Positions 33,335 to 44,200 of a stretch of 64,000 bases of DNA are shown piece by piece. The position numbers were made by a program, and so were the translations under genes. The DNA lies in contig CAWCKH010000004.1 of the NCBI GenBank assembly GCA_963796055.1, positions 192,001 through 256,000 of the forward strand. Direction: 5' to 3'. Below the pieces are notes generated by a model. It saw only the letters and a program-made list of their open reading frames with translations, did no database searches and was not told where the DNA came from. Each line of letters starts with the position of its first letter. Positions within the stretch are counted from its first letter, which is position 1. The DNA is from an uncultured delta proteobacterium (GTDB lineage: Bacteria; Myxococcota; Myxococcia; Myxococcales; Myxococcaceae).

Positions 33335-33758
33335 GGGCGGCGATGATTCCCGGAAAGCGGGCGGCGGACCACACCGGAAGCGACGGCAGTTCAGCGCTCG
33401 GCGCTCGCTTCGGCCTGGTGACCTTGCTTCGTCAGACCGGAATTTGCCATCCACCCCGAAGAAAGCGACCGCAGCGTGCAGCCGCCGACCGGTCTCGCCG
33501 GTCTTCCAGGTGAGGATCGACTGGAGTTCGCCGCAGCGGAACGCGTGGACCGACGCCGACTGTAAGAGCCCCGCCGGCCCCGCGTCTTTCGCGGCCGATG
33601 AGCCGCGCCCTGGTCCCATCTCTCGTTCTCGGCGTCCTCTGTCTTGCGGGCCACGTGCGCCCGCGCCTCATGGACGATCCCGAGCTGCTCGACGCAGCAC
33701 CCCGGCGGGCGTGGACCCGTGGGGGGAGCCTCGGTCCGGGCTGCCTTTGCCCGCGGGG

Positions 33759-33784
33759 TGTAATGCCCGGGCGGCCTCTGCGTC
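33759..33784 (+). promoter_or_regulatory. ECF-sigma-type promoter (TGTAAT-N16-CGTC) upstream of the metallothionein-like gene
   Basis: TGTAAT 33759-33764, 16-nt spacer, CGTC 33781-33784; typical ECF geometry. Confidence 0.55.
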
Positions 33785-33839
33785 GGCAGGCGGTGACAGC
33801 GGGCAACAGCGCCTGCTGCACCCCAGGAGAAGAGACCCC

Positions 33840-33980
33840 ATGCCGTCCACGAACGAGTGCCGTTGCGAGAAGAGGTCCTGTGGCTGCAACCCCACCGAGC
33901 CCTGTCGCTGCAGTGGGCTCTGTCGGTGCCAGAAGGGCTGCGAGTGCGGGAGCGGTTGCGCCTGCACCCCGGCGAAGTAG
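33840..33980 (+). CDS. Metallothionein-like peptide, 46 aa, six CxC motifs
   Basis: AGGAG RBS; MPSTNECRCEKRSCGCNPTEPCRCSGLCRCQKGCECGSGCACTPAK; 12 Cys, no aromatic residues or His. Confidence 0.8.
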   Translation: MPSTNECRCEKRSCGCNPTEPCRCSGLCRCQKGCECGSGCACTPAK

Positions 33981-34027
33981 CCCAACCCCGGTCCGGCGCG
34001 GAGACACGAGAACGTGCCTCCCGCGCC

Positions 34028-34603
34028 TCATCCCTCACCGTGCACGCAGCCGGTGGAGCCGGGCTCGCCGCAGGTGCAGTCCACGCAGCCACGCTCGGCG
34101 CACGACCCGCACCAGCGCACGACGCGCTTCCGCAGGGTCTCGCGCGCCCGGAACAGGCGCACCGCGGCGTTGTTCGGGGTGATGCCCGCCTCGGAGGCGA
34201 ATGCCTGGACCGAGAGCCCATCGACCTCCACCCGGCGCAGCGCCAGCGCGTACTCGGACTTGAGGGTCTCGGAAAGCCGCGACACACAGCGGCAGACGGC
34301 GTCACGCTCGTCCGGGCTGGGCTCCCGGGTGTCGTGCTCCAGCTCCCGCTGAGGTGAGCTCAGCCCGCGGTCGCTCACGCCCATCCGCCGGTAGTGGTCG
34401 ATCACCCCGTTGCGGAGCACCCGGTAGAACCACGCGGTGACGCTTTCCTCGCGCTCGAGCGGGACCTTGTCCAGGCTCCGGGCGAACGATTCTTGAAGGA
34501 GGTCCTCGGCGGTCTCGCGGTGCCCCACCCGCCGCTCCAGGAACGAGAGAAAGGACCGGCGGTTCTCCGCCATCACCGCGACCAGCTCATTGCGAGTAGG
34601 CAT
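34028..34603 (-). CDS. ECF sigma factor with Cys-rich C-terminal domain (CorE-like)
   Basis: AEDLLQE, AWFYRVLRN, linker CRC, VRLFRAR, tail CGSCAERGCVDCTCGEPGSTGCVH. Confidence 0.88.
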   Translation of the reverse strand: MPTRNELVAVMAENRRSFLSFLERRVGHRETAEDLLQESFARSLDKVPLEREESVTAWFYRVLRNGVIDHYRRMGVSDRGLSSPQRELEHDTREPSPDERDAVCRCVSRLSETLKSEYALALRRVEVDGLSVQAFASEAGITPNNAAVRLFRARETLRKRVVRWCGSCAERGCVDCTCGEPGSTGCVHGEG

Positions 34604-34618
34604 GTGCTTGTCCCGGGC

Positions 34619-34908
34619 TCAGCGATCTGCAACGGCCGCCCGGGGGTAGGGCCGGGCGGGAAGTCGGGAACGGCGCAACAGCCAGGCGAGGCACGCCGCC
34701 GCAGTGACGTCGTAGGCGAGGCAGAATGGCGGCCACCAGAAAGCCATGACCCACCAATGCCGCGGCAACGAGCCAGAGGCTGGATCGGAAGCCGACGATG
34801 GAGAGGACGATGAAGCCCAGCATGATCGACGCCTCGATTCCGAGCGCCCGCGTGGATTCCCCCATGATTGCGAACAGGCCGTAATACGAAGCGATGAAGT
34901 AGGGCATG
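34619..34908 (-). pseudogene. Small membrane protein gene with deletions and a frameshift
   Basis: IASYYGLFAIMG...WLVAAALVGHGF in one frame; WWPPFCLAYDVTAAACLAW in another. Confidence 0.6.
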
Positions 34909-35247
34909 GCTCCCTCCCGCGATCCAGGGTGAGCAAGCTCACTTCGCATCTCTTTGCAGGTCAGTACCGCGCACCGGCCCCGCTCGCCGGGTGAGCTGCG
35001 CGTGCAGGCGCTTCCCTGGCACGGAGTGCGGTCAGAACGCAGCGCCCCGGGCGAAGACCAGAGGCGTGTCCGGCCCTGCCTCCCTCGTCCAGCGAACAGA
35101 CGCACCGGCTCAACGTCGTCAGATCCACGGGGCCGCCGGGACCAGCGTCGCCGGACAGGCTCAAATTCCGCGGAGTCGCGGCAGACGACCAGGGCCTGGA
35201 CGTGGTGCTGAACCACCTCCGCGGGCTGGCCGCGCCCGAGCGCTGAA

Positions 35248-35435
35248 TCAGTGGCTCTTCGGCGGGGCTTCGCTGGAGGCTGCCGCGACGAGCAGGCCTT
35301 CCATCTTCGCGTCGAGGGAGGCGGCGATCTCGAGCGCCTCCGGGTTCCCGTAGGGTCGGAGGAAGCTGACCATCCGATCGTAGGTGAGGTGGACGCCGTC
35401 GGGGCGCTCGTCGATGAGGATGGTGACGGGTGGTG
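35248..35435 (-). pseudogene. C-terminal fragment of a DUF302 protein
   Basis: PVTILIDERPDGVHLTYDRMVSFLRPYGNPEALEIAASLDAKME; no N-terminus. Confidence 0.7.
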
Positions 35436-35460
35436 CTAACAGCCGAGGCCCGCGGGAAAA

Positions 35461-35522
35461 TCCGCCGGCGCTCCACGCGCCCACCATGGCCCCGGGCCCA
35501 TCCGTCGGCCCGTCCGCCCAGG
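35461..35522 (-). repeat. Nuclease-3'-end repeat, copy 1 (about 60 bp)
   Basis: Matches about 59319-59382; encodes WADGPTDGPGAMVGAWSA. Confidence 0.9.
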
Positions 35523-35572
35523 GGCACGGATTCGCGACTGTTTGCATCCGGCCCGTGGTACGACCTTCGTCC

Positions 35573-36946
35573 GTGTCGGAGCGCGTCCCCGCCGCTGCCC
35601 ACGGCGATCTGTCCAGGATCCCGGCGACGCTCACCTGGCCCGGAGCGCTCCGCTTCTGGACCGTCGCCCTGCTCACCGGAGTCTCGGCAGGGGCGGCGGC
35701 CATCGTCCTCACCCGACTGCTGGAGTGGGTCCAGCGGCTGGTTTGGGGCGGCGAGGGCAGGGAGATTCTCGAGGTGGCCTCGCAAGCCAGCCCCTCCCGG
35801 CACCTCCTGGCGCTGGCCGGGGGAGGGGTGGTCACCGGTCTCGGTCAGCTGGTGCTGGTGCGTCTCACCAGCGGCAACAGCATCGACATCACCTCGGCCA
35901 TCTGGTTCTCGGCCGGGCGCCTCCCCAAGCTGCGGACCCTGGGCACCGCGACGCTCTCCGAGGTCATCGTGGGAATGGGCGCTTCTCTCGGCCGGGAGGG
36001 TGGACCCAAGCAGGCGGCGGCGGTCGCGGCGAACGTCTTCTCCGATCTCGGGTCGCTGTCCGACGAGCAGCGGCGGTTGCTGGTGGCCTGCGGCGCCGGC
36101 GCGGGGATGGCGGCGGCGTACGGAGTGCCGCTGGGTGGCGCGATCTTCGCGCTCGAGGTGCTCCGCGGAACCCTCGCCCTGCGCCTCATCCTGCCGGCAC
36201 TGTTCACCTCGGTGGTGGCCTCGGCCGTCTCCTGGGCCGTGCTGCCCAATGCGCCGACCTACCACCTGCCGACGTACCCCAGCTCTCCGGCGTGGCTGCT
36301 GCTGGCACTGCTCATCGGCCCCTTCGCGGGGCTCGCCTCGGTTGCCTACGTCCGGGCCGTGGCCTGGGCGGACCGGCGCAAGCCCACCGGCACGCGCCGG
36401 CTGTTCGAGCCGATCCTTGCGCTCGGTGTCCTGGGCGCCGTGTCCATCCCCTTCCCCCAGCTGCTGGGGAACGGCAGGGACGTGTCCGAGCTGCTCTTCA
36501 ACGGGGCTCTCACCTCCACGCTTCTCCTGCTGGCGCTGGTGGTGCTGAAGCCCCTGGCGACCATCCTGTGCCTCGGGAGCGGCGCGCCGGGCGGGCTCTT
36601 CACCCCCTCGCTCACCTTCGGCGCGCTCCTCGGAGCAGTGCTGGGGTCCCTCGGAGCCCACCTGGTCCCAGGGGTGCCGGTGGGCCTCGCTGCGCTCCTC
36701 GGGGCGGCCGGGGTCCTCGCGGCCACGACCCAGGGGCCAATCTCCGCCACGGTCCTGATGATGGAGCTGTCGGACCGGGACCGCTCTGTCATCGCCCCTC
36801 TGCTCCTGGCGGTGATCAGCGCGACGCTCGTCTCGCGCACCATCGAGGCGCGGAGCATCTACGACGCCCGTCTGAGCGACGAACAGGTCCAGGCCAAGCT
36901 GGCCGGACGGAACCAGGCCGCCGATCCGTCGGCTCAGAGCCGCTAG
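35573..36946 (+). CDS. ClC-family chloride channel/transporter
   Basis: GASLGREGG, GAGAGMAAAYGVPLGG, LLGNG, GAPGGLFTP. Start uncertain. Confidence 0.88.
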   Translation: MSERVPAAAHGDLSRIPATLTWPGALRFWTVALLTGVSAGAAAIVLTRLLEWVQRLVWGGEGREILEVASQASPSRHLLALAGGGVVTGLGQLVLVRLTSGNSIDITSAIWFSAGRLPKLRTLGTATLSEVIVGMGASLGREGGPKQAAAVAANVFSDLGSLSDEQRRLLVACGAGAGMAAAYGVPLGGAIFALEVLRGTLALRLILPALFTSVVASAVSWAVLPNAPTYHLPTYPSSPAWLLLALLIGPFAGLASVAYVRAVAWADRRKPTGTRRLFEPILALGVLGAVSIPFPQLLGNGRDVSELLFNGALTSTLLLLALVVLKPLATILCLGSGAPGGLFTPSLTFGALLGAVLGSLGAHLVPGVPVGLAALLGAAGVLAATTQGPISATVLMMELSDRDRSVIAPLLLAVISATLVSRTIEARSIYDARLSDEQVQAKLAGRNQAADPSAQSR

Positions 36947-37011
36947 GGAGACGGAGGGAGGGCCGGCGCGGAGGCCGAATCCTCGGCCGTTCTCTCTGGC
37001 TCTGACACAAC

Positions 37012-37236
37012 GTGAACCAGGATCGGCGAAAGGAAGGGAACCAGCTGCTCGGCCTCGGGCTGGGCGTGGGGGCGTGGGGAGCGGCAACCGGCATGCTGCT
37101 CGGTGCGGTGTGCCCGCTGTGCGTGGTGGCCGCTCCGGCGTTGGTCGGCGCGGGTCTGTTCCGTCGCTGGCAGGCCGGCCGCCCGGAGTGCCCGTCCGGA
37201 GAGGGACCGGCCAGGGAGGACCGAACGAATGTCTGA
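37012..37236 (+). CDS. Small membrane protein with CPLC motif
   Basis: Gly-rich hydrophobic hairpin containing GAVCPLCVVAAP; overlaps the next gene's start. Confidence 0.55.
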   Translation: MNQDRRKEGNQLLGLGLGVGAWGAATGMLLGAVCPLCVVAAPALVGAGLFRRWQAGRPECPSGEGPAREDRTNV

Positions 37237-37630
37237 GACTTTCACCGTCAGCTTCCCTGGGGGCAAGCGGGTGGACGCACAGATGGGTCTGCACCGCATC
37301 GCGACCGACCAGCCGCGCGCCGCCGGCGGCGACGACTCGGCCCCGGCCCCCTTTTCGCTGTTCCTCGCGTCCATCGGAACCTGCGCCGGCATCTACGTCC
37401 TCTCCTTCTGCCAGGCCCGGGGCATTGATCCGACCGGCATCACCCTCACCCAGCGATCGGTCCGCGATCGCGAGACCGGCACGCTCCGGGGCGTGGAAAT
37501 CGACATCCACGTGCCGGAAGCCTTCCCATCGCAATACCGCGACGCGCTCGTCCGGGCCGCATCGAACTGCGCGGTCAAGAAGGTCATCGCCGCACAGCCC
37601 GAGTTCCGCATCGCCGTGACCAGCCCCTGA
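37229..37630 (+). CDS. OsmC-family protein
   Basis: GGGAGG RBS; TDQP..AGG, P..LFLASIGTC, CAVKK. Confidence 0.88.
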   Translation: MSETFTVSFPGGKRVDAQMGLHRIATDQPRAAGGDDSAPAPFSLFLASIGTCAGIYVLSFCQARGIDPTGITLTQRSVRDRETGTLRGVEIDIHVPEAFPSQYRDALVRAASNCAVKKVIAAQPEFRIAVTSP

Positions 37631-37739
37631 GTCCAGGCCCGAGGCAGCGGATGCTCGCGGCCCGTTCGGCAGCTCCCTTGTGAGCATGCGTGCGTCGTGA
37701 CAAGAGGTCCCGGAGACGACGAGAGCGAGGTGGTCGGGC

Positions 37740-38555
37740 ATGAATGCGAGCGAAGGGGCCGCCGGCGAGACGCCCTTTGTCCTGCGGCGGGACGACGGCG
37801 GAGTGGTGACCCTGACCCTGAATCGGGGCGAACGATTCAATCCGCTGTCGACCGCGATGATCGCGGCGCTGGAAAGGGAGCTCGACGCGCTCAGGGCGGA
37901 CCGCACCGCGCGCATCGTCGTCCTCGCCGGTGCGGGGAGGGGTTTCTGCGCCGGCCACGACCTCAAGGAGATGCGCGTGCATAGCGCCGACAAGTCGTGG
38001 CAGCAGAAGCTCTTTGCGGATGCCAGCCGGATGATGGTCAAGATGACCGAGATCCCCCAGCCAATCATCGCCCGCGTACACGGCATCGCCACGGCGGCGG
38101 GCTGCCAGCTCGTGTCCATGTGTGATCTGGCGGTGGCGTCGGACGAGGCGCGCTTTGCGCTGCCCGGGGTGAACGTGGGGATCTTCTGCTCCACCCCCGC
38201 AGTCGGCGTCGCGCGGAACATCGGCCGCAAGCGCGCCCTGGAGATGCTGCTCACGGGCGAGCTGTTCGACGCGCGCACAGCCCTCGGCTGGGGCCTCGTG
38301 AACCGGGTGGTGCCCGCGGCGTCGCTCGACGCGGAGGTGGCACGGCTGGCGAGCATCATCCTGGCCCGAAGCGGGAAGGTCGTCGCGAGGGGGAAGCGCG
38401 CCTTCTACCGGCAGATCGACCAGCCGCTCGAAGGTGCGTATGCGACGACCAGCGAGTCGATGGCATTGAGCATGCTCGAGCCGGACGCAGCCGAGGGAAT
38501 CGACGCGTTCATCGAGAAGCGGCCACCCCGTTGGCCGGAGCGAGGTCCGGAGTAG
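37740..38555 (+). CDS. Enoyl-CoA hydratase family protein
   Basis: FCAGHDLKE, ATAAGCQLV, LEMLLTG, EGIDAFIEKR. Confidence 0.93.
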   Translation: MNASEGAAGETPFVLRRDDGGVVTLTLNRGERFNPLSTAMIAALERELDALRADRTARIVVLAGAGRGFCAGHDLKEMRVHSADKSWQQKLFADASRMMVKMTEIPQPIIARVHGIATAAGCQLVSMCDLAVASDEARFALPGVNVGIFCSTPAVGVARNIGRKRALEMLLTGELFDARTALGWGLVNRVVPAASLDAEVARLASIILARSGKVVARGKRAFYRQIDQPLEGAYATTSESMALSMLEPDAAEGIDAFIEKRPPRWPERGPE

Positions 38556-38768
38556 CAAGCCGCGGCGGGCAGGCCCGCAACGATGTGGCACGGCCGCCGT
38601 CCTCCGATGAGACGGCTCGCTTCCTCGAAAGGACGCTCCTCCGTGCCTGATCTCCCGATCGCCGCAGCCTGCGCGCTTCCCCGGCCGTGGCCGTCAAAGC
38701 CCGCCTCTGGCGAAGCCATCAGCGGCCGTTCGCCGACTGTCACGCGCGCCCGCGTCAGATGCGCGGCC

Positions 38769-40139
38769 GTGAAGCTCTCCTGGGCCGTCCTCCTGCTCGC
38801 GGGGTGCGGGATGACGATTGGCAAAGGGAACTCGCCGGGGGAGCTGGACTCGATCAACCTCGCACCGTCGCCGGGCTGGCCGGAGGTGATCGCTGTTCGC
38901 AGCGTCCCGGCGTCCTTTCGCACGATGATCACTGCGCTCGAAGTCGATCCGCGCGGGCGGGTGTGGCTCCTCCGCGACGAGCTCTCCAATCCCTCCCAGC
39001 TCGACGGCACGCCGGTGCTCGAACGGTACGCGCCGACGGGGCACCTGGAACGGCGGATCGCCTTCCCGGAGCATTCGAAGGTTTCGAGCTTCGTCATTCA
39101 CCCGAGTGGCGAACTCAGCGTCTTCGTCATGCGCGACGACGATGGCGACCGGCAGTACGGCCTCGAGATCGTGCGCCTGTCGCCTGACGGAGACGCGGTC
39201 GCGACGACGACGTTCGAGGAGATCCCCGGGCCTCGCGAGAACCTGTTCTACGACGAGACCGGCGTCCACGAGCTCCCGGTGGACGGCCCATTCAAGCTTG
39301 GGTGGACCAGCCACGTCGTTGGCGTGCCTCAGGGCGAAGGTCTTTACCTCCTCGCTGAGTGGACGTACGGCTTCAAGCTCTACCGTCTGGACGCCGCGAA
39401 TCGACGCGTATGGGGAGTCCAGGTGATGCCGGCCAACATCGGCGTGGCGTTCCAGTTCTCGCCCTCGCTCGTCGCGCACGACGACGACGCCGTCTACGTG
39501 GTGACGCAGATCTTTCAAGACGACGTACATATCTACGGCGAACACTTCGGGCGCAGCGCCCTCGAGCCCCTGGGCAGCTACGACGCGCTGGTGCAGAGGT
39601 TCGACGCCGACGGGACGTTTGCCGGGGCGCGCCTCTTCGGCGGCGCCGCCGTCGATCACCCGAGTGCGATGACGGTGTACGGTGGCGTGGTCCTCATCGC
39701 CGGTGCGGCGCGGATCACGAAGCACGATGCTCCCAACCGGACGATGGAGTGGGACGTCGCGATCATGCGCGGCCGCGTCGACGAGGCCTCGGCGCTGGAA
39801 TACCGGACGATCGACCTCGCCCGCGACGACTTCGGCTGGGCGCTGGCGCAGACGCCCGACGGCCGTCTCGTCGTGGGCGGCCGGACGGATTACGTGCAGG
39901 TGGACACCAACAGCGAGGTCGAGAACGGGAAGGGGCTCCTCCTCACCCTGGGTCCGGACCTGAGCCGCCAGGCCGTCCTCGAGTTGCCCATGCCGCGTGA
40001 CGTCCAGGTGCGCGCGGCACGCGTGCTCCCGGGCGGAGACGTCGTGCTGGCGGGAACGCGTGACGGCCCACTCACGCACACCGAAACCTCGATGACCCAC
40101 AACGATGGGTTCTGGGGCGTGGCACACGTCGGGCGGTAG
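38769..40139 (+). CDS. Lipoprotein, probable beta-propeller
   Basis: Lipobox LLAGC; repeated beta-strand/turn units (PRGRVW, PSGELS, PDGRLV, PGGDVV). Confidence 0.7.
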   Translation: MKLSWAVLLLAGCGMTIGKGNSPGELDSINLAPSPGWPEVIAVRSVPASFRTMITALEVDPRGRVWLLRDELSNPSQLDGTPVLERYAPTGHLERRIAFPEHSKVSSFVIHPSGELSVFVMRDDDGDRQYGLEIVRLSPDGDAVATTTFEEIPGPRENLFYDETGVHELPVDGPFKLGWTSHVVGVPQGEGLYLLAEWTYGFKLYRLDAANRRVWGVQVMPANIGVAFQFSPSLVAHDDDAVYVVTQIFQDDVHIYGEHFGRSALEPLGSYDALVQRFDADGTFAGARLFGGAAVDHPSAMTVYGGVVLIAGAARITKHDAPNRTMEWDVAIMRGRVDEASALEYRTIDLARDDFGWALAQTPDGRLVVGGRTDYVQVDTNSEVENGKGLLLTLGPDLSRQAVLELPMPRDVQVRAARVLPGGDVVLAGTRDGPLTHTETSMTHNDGFWGVAHVGR

Positions 40140-40203
40140 CTCCCCTCAGGCCGCTCCCCCTCGTGCCACCCCCAAGGGCCAACCTCGTCCGGGCGAAAGC
40201 CAA

Positions 40204-40420
40204 TCACGGCCCAACGCACTCGCTGCAGAAGACTTCTCCGGTGCAGCCTCCTTGCCCTTGCGACTGGCACACGTTTGCCGCCTCGGCCGCGCTCGAGGCC
40301 GAGACGGAGACGTTCTCCAGGTACTGGTTCGAGCTGCAATAAGAGGAGCACCGGTACCGCGTCCCGCCGCCGCCCTCGTCGGCGGGCGTCCCGCAGGATG
40401 CCGAGGCAGCGAGAATGGTC
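40204..40420 (-). pseudogene. 5'-truncated small Cys-rich lipoprotein
   Basis: Manual translation: TILAASASC-GTPADEGGGGTRYRCSSYCSSNQYLENVSVSASSAAEAANVCQSQGQGGCTGEVFCSECVGP*. Confidence 0.6.
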
Positions 40421-40426
40421 GGGCGG

Positions 40427-40470
40427 TGGTCAGCCAGGTGACAATCTCCGGAGCCGGCGCCACCCGCCCG
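40427..40470 (-). repeat. 44-bp copy of the 3' part of a thioredoxin-like gene (cf. 49824-49867)
   Basis: 41/44 identical; both encode RVAPAPEIVTWLT. Confidence 0.85.
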
Positions 40471-40985
40471 AACCCGCGCCCGTCGACCCAGGCAGTCGTG
40501 AGAACGCGCCTGGAGGAGAGCTCCGGGTCAACCTGCGGGACGACGATCGTGGGGTGCGCCCGGAAGAGCTCGGCGAACCGTGTCTGCATTCGGGCTTCGC
40601 GAGCGTAGTCGCACTCGTCCAGTAAACGGGCCCGCGCCTCCTGAATCATCGGCTCGACCCGTGCTCCTGGGTACACGAGCGCGGCGATGCGCCCGCCGAG
40701 CGCCGCCTGTCGAAAGTCGGCGGCGATGGCTCGGTCGATGTCCGGATAGCGGACCTTGACGGCGACCAGGCGTCCATCGGGGAGGCGGGCTCGATGAACC
40801 TGTCCGATGGAGGCCGCGGAGACCGGTATGCGGTCCATTCCGGCGAGGAGCGGAGCCCCCTTGTCCCCGAGGTCGCTGCAGACGACCTCGCAGAGGCGCG
40901 AGAAGGGCATGGGGGGGCTCTGGGTCTGAAGGACCGAGAGCGCGTTCTTGATCTGGGATGGAATCGGAACCTCGACGTAAAGCTG
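40471..40985 (-). pseudogene. Internal fragment of an ABC1/AarF/UbiB kinase
   Basis: SAASIGQVHRA, VAVKVRYP, ECDY.RE, RRVLTT; ends before the catalytic ADPHPGN motif. Confidence 0.85.
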
Positions 40986-41252
40986 GTCCGGCTGGAGAAG
41001 GCGGACCCCTGGATCGCCAGGCGGCACGGCTGCCGAGCCCGCGCCTGGACCGGTGGGGTGAAGACGACTCGCCCCGAGTTGCATCAACCAGCGGTGAGGG
41101 CCGTGAGCCCTAAGTCACGGAAGACATTGAGCAGAGATTTGACGCACCCGCACGCGCGAGCGAGGCGCAAGGAACCCGGAAAGAGACCATGTGGATTCTT
41201 GGCGGTGCTATCCTACCGCGCCCAAAACCAGTTCTCCGGAAGGAGGATGCCA

Positions 41253-44200
41253 ATGGAATGGCGCCTCGTCGTCGCGCTGCTCACCGTCGGAGCAGCTGCC
41301 GGCTTCCCCACCGGAGCACGTGCCCAGACATGTCCGGCCAACGTCCCGCATCTCAACGGCCAGTGGGTGACCTTGCCGTACCAGATGCCGATCAATCCGA
41401 TCTCCGCGACGCTCCTGCACACGGGCCAGGTGCTGATCGTCTCCGGGTCGGAGAACGACGCGAGGAACAACTCGCAGGGATCCGAGAGCTACCGCAACGC
41501 GGTCTGGGATCCGACTGGAACGACCCAGAGCAGCATCGCCGTTCAAGACATCGAGTACGACGTCTTCTGCAGCGGCGTGGCTGTCCTGCCGGACGGGCGC
41601 GCCTTCGTCGTGGGAGGCACATCCGATTACTCGTTCACCGGCGAGAACCGTTCCTCCATCTTCGATCCGTTGACGAACAGCTTCCTTCAGTCTCAAAGCA
41701 TGGTGGACGGCCGCTGGTACGCCACCATCACGACCCTCGGGGACGGCCGGGTCATGGCCTGGTCCGGCATCAAGCTGACCGGCGGCACGAACAACACCGT
41801 CGAGATCTATGACCTGAAGAACGCCGGAGCCGGATGGAGCAGTCCGACGGCAGCCCCCGTCACTCCGCCGCTCTATCCCCGGATGTTTCTGCTTCCGGGC
41901 GGCAAGGTCTTCTACACCGGGCACGGCAGCGGTGGGTCGAACGCCAACGGCTATTTCTTCGACCCGGTGGCGAGGACCTGGACCATCTCGGCGCCCACGA
42001 CCAGGAACCGGTCCTATGGCACAGCTGTCTTGCTGCCGCTCCTGCCGCCCGCCTACACGCCGAAGATCATGGCCCTTGGTGGCGGCGACAATCCCGCCAC
42101 CAGCTCGACCGAGACCATTGACCTCTCCGTCACCCCTCCGGTCTGGACGCCGGGCCCAGACATGTCGACGGGGCGCATCCAGATGGACGCGGTCCTTCTG
42201 CCCGACGGGAGGGTGCTCGCCCTGGGCGGCTCCGTGAACAACGAAGCTCCCGACGGGCCAGGGAAGACGGCGGATCTCTTCAATCCGGCCACCGGCACCG
42301 TCAGCTTGGGGGGAGGGGGCACGGCTTCGTATTCACGGCTTTACCACTCGGCGGCGCTGCTCCTTCCGGATGCGAGAGTCATGAGCATCGGCAGCAACCC
42401 CGGGGGCCGCGGCAGCTATCAGCCCGCCATGGAGATCTACACCCCGCCTTACCTCTTCGACGCGAATGACCGGCTGGTCACGAACCGTCCCAACATCACC
42501 GGCGTCTCACCTTCCTCAGGAGCGATCGGCTACGGCGCTCCGTTCTCGGTGAGCTACACCTCCACTTCGCCAATCAGCTCCGCCGTGCTGGTACGCCCGG
42601 GCTCGGTGACCCATGCCTTCGACTTTGAGCAGCGGCTCATCGGCCTGTGCGGTCCGTCGCCGCAGCCCGCGTGCTCTGGTTCGGGCACCCTCAACCTGAC
42701 CACGCCTCCGGACGGAAACATCGCGCCACCCGGCTACTACATGCTGTTCCTGCTCGACAGCAACGGAGTGCCGTCGAAGGCGCAGTTCATCCAGCTTTCT
42801 CTCTACGGGACTGCTCCGCCAGTCGGCGCGATCGCTACGCCCGCCTCCGACGTGACCATTGCGGCCGGTGGCTCGGTCTCCTTCAGCGCAGGCACCGTGG
42901 CATCCAAGTACTCGTGGGTCTTTCCTGGAGGGTCACCGGGGACGTCGACCGCGCAGAATCCGGGGAACGTCACCTTCAGCAGCCCGGGCGAATATACGAC
43001 TTCGCTGACCGTGATCGACGCGAGTGGAAATTCCGATCCGAGCCCACCGACTCGCACGATCACCGTGACGCCCCCAACCGCCGACTTCGAGATCGAGATG
43101 AGCCAGGATTCGAAGACGGTCAACCCCGGTCAATCGACGACGTTCACGGTCACGGTCACACCGGCCAGTGGGTTTGCCGGGACGGTGAGCCTGAGCGTCG
43201 GCAGCGAGTCGGGATTCCCGACCGGCATCACCAGTGGTGGCTTCAGTCCTGCCACGATCACCGGGTCCGGTTCGTCGACCCTGACCATGAACACGACGAC
43301 TGCGACGGTGCCCTATGCGCTTTCGCTCACGATCACCGGCACCAGCGGAACGCTCACCCACACCACCTCCACCACCCTCCTCATCACACTTGCGCCTCCG
43401 GCGAGCCTGGCGGCGACACCGGGCAATGGACAGGTCTCCCTCTCCTGGGCGGCGTCGGTCGGGGCGAGCAGTTATCACCTGAAGCGCGCCACGGTGAGCG
43501 GTGGGCCATATGGCTCGGTGGGGTGCACCACCTCGAACAATTTCACCGACACGGGCCTCACGAACGGAACAACGTATTTCTACGTCGTTTCTGCGGGTTA
43601 CACCGGAGGCCCCAACGCGGGTGGCGAGAGCGCCGACTCCAGTCAGGCGAGCGCCACGCCCCAGCCGGCGATACCTCCGGTCCCAACCGGGCTCACTGCG
43701 ACGCCGGGGAATACCCAGGTCTCGCTGAGCTGGAACGCGTCCTCCGGTGCCGCCAGCTACAACGTGAAGCGCGCCACCGTCTCCGGCGGTCCTTACAACA
43801 CCATCGCGAGCCCGACCTCGACGAGCTACACCAATACCGGGCTCACCAACGGGACGACCTATTTTTACGTGGTGTCTGCGGTCAACGCGGCGGGCCAGAG
43901 CGGCAACTCCTCGCAGGTGAGCGCCACGCCCCAGCCGGCGATACCTCCGATACCGACGGGACTCGCGGCCAGCGCCGGGGACGCCCAGGTCGGCTTGAGC
44001 TGGAACGCGTCGACGGGTGCGACCAGCTACAACCTGAAGCGCGCCACCGTCTCCGGCGGTCCTTACACGACCATCGCGAGCCCGACCTCGACGAGCTACA
44101 CCAATACCGGGCTCACCAACGGGACGACCTATTTTTACGTCGTTTCCGCGGTCAACTCGTCGGGCGAGAGCGGCAACTCCTCGCAAGTGAGCGCCACGCC

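Noticed and set aside
34961..38359. 1132-aa minus-strand ORF and similar long ORFs (3660-5651, 7401-9386, 15394-17646, 17328-19379, 42933-44846)
   Set aside because: Antisense shadows of real genes, expected in high-GC DNA; no recognisable motifs.
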